Shown here: in pieces, positions 54,729 to 64,000 of the stretch
Layout of the letters: every line of letters starts with the position of its first letter
How positions within the stretch are numbered: position 1 is the first letter of the stretch
Translations under genes and position numbers: made by a program
Source: a virus
Lineage: Duplodnaviria > Caudoviricetes
IMG/VR virus record: IMGVR_UViG_3300013426_000017
Coordinates: 1 to 64,000 of that record
Length of the DNA: 64,000 bases
Direction: 5' to 3' (one strand)
Notes under the pieces: model-generated
What the model saw: the letters and a program-made list of their open reading frames with translations, nothing else
Database searches by the model: none
Told to the model about the DNA's origin: nothing

Positions 54729-54932
54729 ATGCCATGGCGCCGGCTCGCTTTGAGTTCTCATCACCTAGCCATGATGCGCATCAAGGCACGGTTCGCGCCA
54801 CGCCGTTTTCCCCTTGAATCGCGCTATAGGAATTTTTTTGGACAAAAGAGGCTCATAGAACATGATTTATTTTCAAAAATACTAGAAAGGGTTATTTCTA
54901 TAGCCCAAAAGATTAAAGGAGGTTAATACGTT

Positions 54933-55199
54933 ATGTATGGTATGACACGAGAACATAATGAGCGCGTTTATGGTTTAAAGCAATTCGTGGTAGATACTGA
55001 AAGCGAAATCGCCACATTGCCTACTGTTGATCCTACATTAGTGCCCGGCAGCACAGCGTTTGTTATAGCTACATCTAACACATATATGTTGAACAATCAA
55101 CGTTCTTGGGTTAAATTAGCTCGTAGCTCATCCGGTTCTGACACTCCTGATCCTAGCACCGATAATACCTACATTTGGGATGGCGGTAGTATTGGTTAA
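54933..55199 (+). CDS. Small putative virion protein
   Basis: RBS; C-terminal WDGG motif shared with neighbours. Confidence 0.65.
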   Translation: MYGMTREHNERVYGLKQFVVDTESEIATLPTVDPTLVPGSTAFVIATSNTYMLNNQRSWVKLARSSSGSDTPDPSTDNTYIWDGGSIG

Positions 55200-55216
55200 A
55201 GAAAGGAGTTGAGATA

Positions 55217-56467
55217 ATGGCTGATGTATATATGAAATCTAAATTCTATTTCAAACGTGGTGATTCCTCGGCTTGGACAGAACAAAATTTGGTTCTTGGC
55301 CCAGGTGAACCAGGATTTGAATTAGATACCGGAAAATTAAAAGTTGGTAATGGCACAACACCTTGGAATGAATTACCTTATATCACTGATAATATAACTC
55401 TTCCCGCTGACGTTGTTAAATATTTGGGTTCGGTAGGCGTATTGCCTGAAACCGCTATTGAAGGCGAGATATGCGAAGTAGATGATATGTTCTATATTTA
55501 TAGTGGTGGTCAGTGGAAACAAATAGGGGGCGGCGCCAAACCTGGCACTGTAGAAGTAATTAAAATTCGTGATGATGGCACCTCTAATCCAATTGTTGAA
55601 TCGAATGGTATTAAATATAATTCTATAGAAGATGCTCTTGCTAATATAAGCGACGGCGATTTAATTATTATTCCTGCTAATTTTAATTCTGTGATTAAAA
55701 TACCAACAAACACAAATGCAGGCATTGAATTAAAAAATATTAATATTAAGAATGATAAAGAAACGCCTTTAACTAATGGATATCAATCTACTCTTACTGT
55801 AAGCGGCACAGGCACTATGGAATGCCAAAAGCATGGTAATCCTACGGTTATGAATAGTGGAAATATGTATATTGCTGGAGGAAATTATATACGAACATTA
55901 GATTCTAAAGATAATGGTTATTATACAATCGTTAATCATGGCAATATGACATTTACTGGCGGGTTGGTGAGTTGTGATAAAGCATATTCTAGTCTAATTG
56001 AAAATGGTTATTGGGATTATTCCAATAGCGATCCTGCAAAAGGATTTGTGACTGGTCAAAATGAAGCGACTCCTAAACTAGTTATTAATGATGGAACATT
56101 TTTAGGTGGATTGTATGTTGTCAAAAATGATGATAATGGTTAGGTTGAAATTAATGGTGGTAATTTTTATGGAACAATCTATACTTGTGGTAAATTGCTA
56201 ACTATTAATGGAGGTAATTTTAATTGTGATAATTACTATAATTTACGAGCAAGAAAATTAAACGATAATATTAATATTGCTGATGTCGTAATTACCGGTG
56301 GCACCTTTTATTGTTCTACACCAAGATTTAATATTCTTGTGGAGCAAGAGGCCAATGTGATTATCAGAGGTGGCAAATTTAATTGCGAAGTACCTACTGC
56401 TTTATTAGCTGAAGGCTATCAATCTCAATTGGTAAATGATTATTATGAAGTAAGTGCAATCGGATAA
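55217..56467 (+). CDS. Tail fibre/spike protein with beta-helix-like repeats (TAG at 56141)
   Basis: RG..W...L..GEPGFELDTGKLKVGNG..W..LPY N-domain; IxGGxF repeats continue across TAG. Confidence 0.75.
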
Positions 56468-56478
56468 GGAGGAGCGCA

Positions 56479-56817
56479 ATGGCTTTCAATGTAGTGTATA
56501 GCGACAAAGACCGTATCCAAGGCGCCATTGAAAGTGGCGTTATTCCTCGTGAGAGTCTAGTATTAACTAGTGATGACGCAAAACGGTCTGAAATGTATTA
56601 CTATGACGATAATGGTCAATTAAAGACTATTACCAAAAAAACCCAATTTAATTCTATGGTTGGAGCACGAACCTGGGCTAATAAATATGATTATATCGGG
56701 GAAGTGATTTCAATTAACATAGATGGTCAATGGGCCCCCTATTTAGTCGATGATAATAATGATTTTGTCTGTTTAAAAGACGAAGGATATGAAATCGTCG
56801 ATGGCGGCGACCCCTAA
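56479..56817 (+). CDS. Putative fibre-associated protein
   Basis: RBS, C-terminal VDGG. Confidence 0.6.
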   Translation: MAFNVVYSDKDRIQGAIESGVIPRESLVLTSDDAKRSEMYYYDDNGQLKTITKKTQFNSMVGARTWANKYDYIGEVISINIDGQWAPYLVDDNNDFVCLKDEGYEIVDGGDP

Positions 56818-56842
56818 TATTTTTTAAGGAGGAAAAATATTT

Positions 56843-58087
56843 ATGGCTAACAAAACTTTAACCACCCAGATTATCTTGCGCAATGGCACGACCGCTGAAT
56901 GGGAAGCTAGCACCAAGATACTCAAGAAGGGTGAGGTTGGTATTGATACCACAAAAAATGAAATTCGCATTGGCGATGGCGAGCATACTTGGAAAGATTT
57001 AAAAATCGCCGGCGCCGATCAAGCTGCTATTCAGGCTTTGATTGATAAAGCAGAAGATAAAGTTTCCGTATTATTGGTTGAGGATAATGAAACTGATACT
57101 GAGATGCTCGCTACCGTTGCTAATCCTGCGCAAGGAGATATGGCTATAGTTGAGCGTGCAGTAGCTACAGGCTCAAAAGTCAACAGTCACACAGCTTATG
57201 CCTATGATGGTGAGAAATGGTGCGCGATGGATGGCAACTACAATGCTAAGAATGTTTATTTTGATGATGACTTTACCTATACTAATGCGATTGGCGCGAT
57301 TGGTGCCCCATCCGGCGGTTCTGGCACTCTCGCAGCATCGGGTAAGAGCGTTGAAGAGTTTATGGCTAGCATCTTGGCAAAGGAGGCTAACCCCGCCACA
57401 ACTCTGCCTGCCGCATCTGTGGAGATTACTAGCGGCAGCGGCACATTTGAAATCGGCACTCATAAGAATATTTCATATTCGGCATCTTTGTCTACTGGCT
57501 CCTACACTTATGGTCCTGCCACTGGTGTTGTTGCCGGCACTATAACCGCTAGTTTCGATGGTAAGACTAAAGATGGCGCTACTGGCACTTTTGAAAACGT
57601 TGTTGCTGATGGCACCAAGGAATTGAGTGTTTCTATCACTCACAATGAAGGTGCTGTTCCTAAGACCAATTTGGGTAATGCCTATGCAACTGGTAAGATT
57701 GCTGCTGGCACTAAGACTGCTACGGCATCTGCTAAGCTCGTTGGCGTTCGCCACATGTTCTATGGTCCTATGACCACTGACGCAGAACTCAATAGTGAAA
57801 ATATCCGTAAGCTCAGCCATGAGGAAGCAAGTAAGAAAACTATTACTACATTTGGCGCAGGCGCTGGCGCAGTGAAGGTTGTTGTTGCTGTTCCTACTAG
57901 CATGTCGGTTACTCAGGTGCTCATGCCTAGTGCAATGAACGCAGACGCAACGGCTAGCTTCGTCAAGCAGGCTGGTAGTATTCAGGTTGAGGGTGCTGAG
58001 AGCTTTACCGCTGCGGCCTACAATGTTTGGGTCTACAAGCCCGCATCTATTGATAGCACTGAAAAATATGCTGTCACAATTGGTTAA
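56843..58087 (+). CDS. Tail fibre-like protein
   Basis: Same N-domain (LRNGTTAEW..GEVG..IGDG). Confidence 0.7.
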   Translation: MANKTLTTQIILRNGTTAEWEASTKILKKGEVGIDTTKNEIRIGDGEHTWKDLKIAGADQAAIQALIDKAEDKVSVLLVEDNETDTEMLATVANPAQGDMAIVERAVATGSKVNSHTAYAYDGEKWCAMDGNYNAKNVYFDDDFTYTNAIGAIGAPSGGSGTLAASGKSVEEFMASILAKEANPATTLPAASVEITSGSGTFEIGTHKNISYSASLSTGSYTYGPATGVVAGTITASFDGKTKDGATGTFENVVADGTKELSVSITHNEGAVPKTNLGNAYATGKIAAGTKTATASAKLVGVRHMFYGPMTTDAELNSENIRKLSHEEASKKTITTFGAGAGAVKVVVAVPTSMSVTQVLMPSAMNADATASFVKQAGSIQVEGAESFTAAAYNVWVYKPASIDSTEKYAVTIG

Positions 58088-58108
58088 TAAAAGGGGAGGA
58101 TAAATAAT

Positions 58109-60781
58109 ATGGCTACTATTTTAAATAATGCTGCCTATATGGCACTTCCTATGAATATCAAACGCGGCAATCCTATTCCTCTCGATACGACTGCTGTATG
58201 GTATAATAAAACAGAATTAGAAACTTATGCCGCATCTGGCGCTACTGCTTATGTTGGTCAAGTTCTGACATTAGTTGCTGATGGCAAGTGCGAAGCTTAC
58301 ATGATTAGCAATGAGAATGGCGATCTTGTTAAATTGGCACAAACCACCGCATCTGGCGACCTTGCATCTGATGTAGCAAATTTACAAACTCAAGTAGGTA
58401 ATCTCACAAAAGCTGTTGGCGCGGCCGCTGAAGGCGAGAATGAGGCTACCGGTCTATATAAGTTAATTGCTGATGTTGAGGCAGTGGCGAAGGCCCGCCT
58501 CGAGAGCATTGAAGCTGGCGATGCAAGCGTCACTATAGCTGGCAGCGCCACCAAGCCTAGCGTAGCAGTTAAGATTTCTGAAGCAGAAGGCAATGCGCTG
58601 TCCCTTGCAACTGATGGTCTCAAGGTTGAAATTCCCGATGTCAAGGTTCCTGTTTATAGCTTGGTTAAAGATGGCGAAGCTGCTGAAGGCGACGTCGCCA
58701 CATACCATTTAACCAAGGATGGCGTAAATGAAGGCGTAGCAATCAATATTCCCAAAGACTTGGTTGTTGCATCTGGTTCGGTTGTTGAACTCGCTGATGG
58801 CAATCTCCCTGAAGGCGTTGAAACTGCTGGCACCTACATTCAGTTGAATCTCGCCAATAGCACCAAGCCCATTTATGTCAACGTTGGCTCCCTAATTGAG
58901 TATGTCACTGGCGGTTCGGGCGCAGATGACGCCATCCAAGTCAACGTCTCTAGTGATACTCACAAGGTAACCGCTAGTGTCAAGGATGGTTCTCTCACTA
59001 AAGAAATGCTTACTGAGGGTATTGTTGTATCTCTTGATAAGGCCGATAGTGCAGTTCAGAAGGTTGTTTCTGGCTCCAATAATGGCACCATTAGTGTTGA
59101 TGGCGCAGAAGTTGTAGTTGCTGGTCTCAAGAATGCGGCATTCGCCACTGTTGAGTCTATAAATGAAACTGCTCAGGGTTATGTTGATACCGCTAAGGCA
59201 GCATTGGAAGGCAAGGTGGGCGACGAGGCTAGTGCGGCAACAATCGCCGGTGCCAAGAAGTATGCTGATGATGCGGTCGCCACAGTTAAGACCAATCTCG
59301 AGGGGCAGCTCTCCAATAAGGTTGCAGACCTCAAGAATGACGATGTGGCAGTTGATAACCAATTTGTTACCGCAGTCAAGGAAGCAAATGGTATTGTAAC
59401 TGTTGAGCGCAAGGCCCTCGGTGCGGATGACATTCCTGAGCTTGGCGTAAGTAAGATTACTGGCCTGCAGGGTTTGCTCGATGGTAAGCAAGATAACTTA
59501 ACATTTGATGGCTCCTATAAAGCAGGTGTTAATAATGCTGCTACTGTATCCACTGTTAATGCAGCTAAGACCGCATTGATTGGCGACGCAGATGCTGAAA
59601 CCACTGATGGCAATACTATTGCTGATGTTCGTCGTTATGTCGATGCCAAGACTAAGGGTATTGCATCTGATGTAAAGCTTTCTGAGCTAAGCGATAAGGT
59701 CACCGCTAACTCCACTAGTATTAAAGACATTCAGGATTCTTTGGCGGATGGCGGTTCTGTTTCTAACAAGATTGCTGACGCTAAAAAGGCGGGCACTGAT
59801 GCCGCAGCCGCTGTAACCACTCTTGAAAATGGCAAAGTTAAGGATAATGCTGATGCGATTGATGCTATCAACAATGCCGAAACTGGTATTTTAAAGCAGG
59901 CTAAGGATTATGCTGATGGTAAGGATGCCGCAATCTCCAATGCTAAGAAAGCTGGCGATGATGCCGCCGCTGCAGTCAAGGCACTTGAGGATGGTCAAGT
60001 AAAGACTAATACCGATGCAATTAGCGCTATCAATACCAAGCTTGGCGCAATCCCTGCTGATAAGACGGTGGCAGAAGCGATTGAGGACGCTAAGACTGCA
60101 GCTACCTATGATGATACAGCGTTGTCTAATCGCGTAAAGGCTGTTGAAGATGATTATCTCAAGGGTGCTGATAAGACCGAGCTCGAAGGCAAAATTACCA
60201 CTGAGAAAGAGCGTTTGGACGCATTCTTGAACGCTGCTGAAGTTGGCGATGCCGCAGTAGATACCTTGAAAGAAATTCAGGACTATATTACTACTCATGG
60301 CGAAGCCGCCGATGAAATGGTCAAGAATATTGCTGCCAATAAGACTGCGATTGAGACCGAAGCATCGACCGCACGCGCCAATGAGCAGACATTAACCAAC
60401 GCTATTACCAAGTTGAATGGCGCGGCTAACATCGAAGGTTCTGTTTCTAATAAGATTGAGGCTAGAATTACTGACCTCCAGCTTAATGATACCTACGTCA
60501 AGAAGGAATTGGATAAACGCTTAATGTCCAACAGTGAGGGTAGTAAGCTCGCCGATATTGCTAAAGGCGCACAAGTCAACGTTATTGAGACTGTTAAAGT
60601 CAATGGCGCGGCACTTGATGTTGCAGATAAGGCTGTTGATATTGCGGTTCCTGTAGCAGACGATACTAGTATTGCAATTACTGAGAATAAGATTGGCGTT
60701 AAAGCTGTCGATGTTCAAAAGTTATTCATTGCTGAGGGCGATGTATTGATAATTGATGGCGGTAATGCTAATAGTTTCTAA
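58109..60781 (+). CDS. Long fibre protein
   Basis: 890 aa, AKxYAD repeats, DTLKEIQDYI, GAQVNVIETVKVNG. Confidence 0.75.
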   Translation: MATILNNAAYMALPMNIKRGNPIPLDTTAVWYNKTELETYAASGATAYVGQVLTLVADGKCEAYMISNENGDLVKLAQTTASGDLASDVANLQTQVGNLTKAVGAAAEGENEATGLYKLIADVEAVAKARLESIEAGDASVTIAGSATKPSVAVKISEAEGNALSLATDGLKVEIPDVKVPVYSLVKDGEAAEGDVATYHLTKDGVNEGVAINIPKDLVVASGSVVELADGNLPEGVETAGTYIQLNLANSTKPIYVNVGSLIEYVTGGSGADDAIQVNVSSDTHKVTASVKDGSLTKEMLTEGIVVSLDKADSAVQKVVSGSNNGTISVDGAEVVVAGLKNAAFATVESINETAQGYVDTAKAALEGKVGDEASAATIAGAKKYADDAVATVKTNLEGQLSNKVADLKNDDVAVDNQFVTAVKEANGIVTVERKALGADDIPELGVSKITGLQGLLDGKQDNLTFDGSYKAGVNNAATVSTVNAAKTALIGDADAETTDGNTIADVRRYVDAKTKGIASDVKLSELSDKVTANSTSIKDIQDSLADGGSVSNKIADAKKAGTDAAAAVTTLENGKVKDNADAIDAINNAETGILKQAKDYADGKDAAISNAKKAGDDAAAAVKALEDGQVKTNTDAISAINTKLGAIPADKTVAEAIEDAKTAATYDDTALSNRVKAVEDDYLKGADKTELEGKITTEKERLDAFLNAAEVGDAAVDTLKEIQDYITTHGEAADEMVKNIAANKTAIETEASTARANEQTLTNAITKLNGAANIEGSVSNKIEARITDLQLNDTYVKKELDKRLMSNSEGSKLADIAKGAQVNVIETVKVNGAALDVADKAVDIAVPVADDTSIAITENKIGVKAVDVQKLFIAEGDVLIIDGGNANSF

Positions 60782-60794
60782 TAGATAATTAATA

Positions 60795-60828
60795 AGGGTT
60801 AGGCTCGTGGAGTCTAACCCTATTTTTT
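60795..60828 (+). terminator. Intrinsic terminator
   Basis: AGGGTTAGGCTC/GAGTCTAACCCT plus T-tract. Confidence 0.8.
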
Positions 60829-60948
60829 ATTTTGGGCAAAAATAGTTAGTCCCACAATTTAATTTTTCATAATTAGATGAAATAAAAATTTAAATAATTG
60901 AGTATCGAATCATGTGTTCGGTATTTGATTAAAGAAAGGGAGTTAATT

Positions 60949-61998
60949 ATGGCAAATAAAACATTATTAGCGCAAATTAAATAGCGTAGCGATACCGCCA
61001 CTAACTGGACGACCGCAGATCCGGTAATTGGCGATGGTGAAATTATTATTGTAGAAACAAGTGCTGGCGAGAAACGATTCAAAGTCGGCGATGGGGAGAA
61101 GACATTTACACAACTCCCTTATGCGGATGAGAACATACTTAGTAAAATAAAGAATTATACTGCTGGCGATGGAATTAGTATCAGCAATGAGGGCGTTATT
61201 AGTTCTACTGGTGGTAGTGGTAGTAGTGATGTGTTTGTTATTGAAATAGATGATGACAGTGAAAATATTACTACTTCATTCGATGATATAAAAAATGCTA
61301 TACAAAATCATCTTGGCTTAATATCAAATTTTGGTAGTGGCACAGCATTATTGGTTGGAAGCTATATTAGTGATGCTACTACCGATCATGATGAATATAT
61401 TGAATTGATTTGTCCATTAGGAATTGGATATATAGTATATGTGTTACTTCGAGCCCCAGGATCAACTACCGTTAATCAATCGCATGAACGATTTAGTACG
61501 CCTTATGCAAGCTGGTACAATCCACCTGCATCTGGCGCTGCTTATTGGAATGCTACCAATAAAAAATGGGAAATAAAAGATATTGTATCTGGTAGTGATA
61601 CGTTTTATTTGGAGATGGAAATAGATGGCAATGGTAATATCACTAGTTTATCAAAGACATTTGCAGAAATTCAATCGGCGGTTGAATCTAATAAAATTAT
61701 GATGGTTATTGTCGCTGGTGAAGGAAGATTTTCTACATCAGCATGTGCAAGTAATTCAAGTGTGATTTTAATTTATACAACATGGATTGACGACGGAAAA
61801 AGGTTGTTATTTAATATTAATAATGACAATACCGGTAATTATCAATGGGTATCTATTTACACAGCAGGCAACGGTATCTCAATATCTAACAATGGCACTA
61901 TCTCAGTAACCGCATCTAAAATATATTCTGGAACAAGCAATGCGCCGAGCGCCGACTTAGGCGAGAATGGCGATATCTATATACAAACGGAGGGTTGA
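60949..61998 (+). CDS. Tail fibre-like protein (TAG at codon 12)
   Basis: MANKTLLAQIK(Q)RSDTATNW..GE..KVGDG; YTAGxGISIS repeats; in frame with ORF 61231. Confidence 0.75.
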
Positions 61999-62001
61999 TA
62001 A

Positions 62002-62259
62002 ATGGATGAATTAGCAACATTGACTTACAAAGACTTCTCGGCAGGCTATACTGCTGGAGATGGCATGGCGATTCTTGACTCTGATACCACAGTTGACGAA
62101 CTCATAAGCTGGGTATTCAGCGATAAACCCCTCTGGTTCTATGATGGAATTAAATACCGCTTAGTAATCCATTTCCAAGCTCTTGAAGATGGGGGTATTA
62201 TATATTACTTTGATGATGAGGGTAATATTGTCAATCATCAATTTGGTGGTGAGAGCTAA
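62002..62259 (+). CDS. Hypothetical protein
   Basis: RBS GGAGG, 85 aa. Confidence 0.6.
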   Translation: MDELATLTYKDFSAGYTAGDGMAILDSDTTVDELISWVFSDKPLWFYDGIKYRLVIHFQALEDGGIIYYFDDEGNIVNHQFGGES

Positions 62260-64000
62260 TGGCTACAACAGTCACCAAGAAACTCAGTCTAACTAAAAGC
62301 AATATTGAGAATTATTGTAATGCACAAGATGTGTCGTTTGACGTTAGTGACCACGCATGGCGTAAATGGTTAAATGGTAGCACCGATGGCTATATAATTC
62401 TCAAAGACAACGCTAAGAGTGAGCTGTATCCAACCGCTACGGCTCACCCATATCAAATTGATTCATTAATTTCGGCATCTCGTTCTGCAGGCACTTGCAC
62501 TGTCGACTTGCAATTTGCAGGAACTAAAGTCCATGAGGAATCGTATACATCAGGCTCTCAAAAAGAAAAATCTAAATCGGGAATAACTAATAATGCCATT
62601 TCTAATAGTACTCGTGTCACTGAAATAAAATGGCACGTCTATGGTAAGAATGGCGATAACCAGCGTGGTGATAAACTTGAACTCACCCTATATTTTAATC
62701 AATACACTATGATTGCTAGTGTAGGCAATGATATTCAAGGCATTAAATCAGTTAGCGCATCAGTTGCCAATCCCTATCAAGGCGATAGCGTTACATTTAG
62801 TGCTGAATTAATTAAAGGAGCAACATGGGGCGGTTGGTATAGCGATGCGGCATGCTCCAACTTAGTGAGCAATGACCAAAATTATACAATCACCGCTGCC
62901 TCAGACCTAACACTCTATGCTAAGGCAACTGTCTCAGCCGACATCTATACTTGTGCCGCGGTGGCGAAGGATGGTATAGCGAGCGCCACAGTCAGCGATG
63001 ATCAAGTGTTATCCGGCGAATCTTGCACCTTTGCCGCTACTACGCAAGATTATTATACATTCACCGGTTGGTATATGGACGCAGATTGCACGATATTAGT
63101 ATCCACTGACAACCCATACACAACGCCAATAGTAAGCAATGCGACATTCTACGCCAAGGGAGAACTCGTTAAACATAACATTAGTGTGGCGCAGCCCCAG
63201 GATGGTAGCGCCAGTGTATCTGCAAGTTAGGTATCGCATGGCGCCAGCGCCACATTCACTTGCACACCTACCAAGGCCAATAGAGAGTTCTATGGCTGGT
63301 ATAAAGATGCAAATCACACACAACTAGCAAGCACTAGCGCCACTTGTACTGTAACAATTACTGGCGATCTCACACTATATCCTGTAATTGGCAAGACAAG
63401 ATATACCAAAGTTATCCATCCTGTCAAGCTACTTGATCCCTTGCCTTATCGTGGATTAGTCAACGGCGCCACGCCCTCACAATCTATTCCAGTAGATGTG
63501 AATAAAATATCCAACATAACCTTAGCACAGGCTACATCTTCAGTCTACGCATATCAACCTCACGTAACTTCGGCCCCACACACCTATGGCATGTCGATGT
63601 GGTTTGGCGCAGATCCCTTGCCCGATATACCTGACAATGCCACAATAACTGGTATTCATGCCGAATTCGGCTATTCACTTGTGGATGCTAATTATGATTC
63701 GATTAAAATTGGCGCCGGTCGTATGGAATATATATCAGATAATGATGAAACGCCAATTACTGATAATGCATCATTTGCCTATGTGGATGAGACTGAGGAA
63801 GAGCGAAGTGCGGATGATGTTCAAGTGCTGGCTACCGAGTTCTTGTTCGGCAATCGAGTAAGCAATTATGAAGACCCAATGGTTCGTAGTGACGATACTA
63901 AGTCTCTGAAGGTTCAAGCGGGTAGTAATATTATCACCGATTCGTTTACCTTGGCCGTTGGCAATTCAACCTCGTATCCATCTAGTGTGGCCGAACTCAA
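62259..64000 (+). CDS. Adhesin-like virion protein with InlB B-repeat-like domains, partial (TAG at 63228)
   Basis: Three GWYxDA..LY repeats, the third after the TAG; frame continues to window end. Confidence 0.7.

Noticed and set aside
55217-64000. Diversity-generating retroelement targeting fibre genes
   Set aside because: No reverse transcriptase or template/variable repeat pair visible in the window.

Overview
Segment of a large tailed dsDNA phage, probably infecting a gut or rumen Clostridia host (inferred from Firmicutes-type RBSs and promoters, a ROOL-like RNA and Clostridia Rex-like boxes). 1-18.8 kb (minus strand): packaging, head and tail genes (terminase, portal, protease/scaffold, major capsid, connectors, tail tube). 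Many are broken by in-frame TAG codons that read as Gln (amber recoding, code 15), and five group I introns interrupt them. 19.7-31.5 kb: early/host-takeover module of small TAG-free genes, driven by repeated sigmaA promoters with a fixed CCCGGG + TTGTTAA-N4-TTAACAA upstream element. 32-34.8 kb: recoded nucleases, a winged-helix initiator-like gene, iterons and cruciforms (candidate origin). 34.9-50.9 kb: TAG-free accessory genes (FNT channel, three paralogous Zn-finger proteins, M20/M28 and U32-like peptidases, phosphoesterase). 51-54.7 kb: RNA cluster with tRNAs, a ROOL-like RNA, an ArfA-like peptide, a GT2 glycosyltransferase and a tRNA-Pro whose anticodon is interrupted by a complete nested tRNA-shaped insert, the most unusual feature here. 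54.9-64 kb: tail fibre/adhesin genes, partly recoded. All calls are from reading the sequence by eye; no searches were run.
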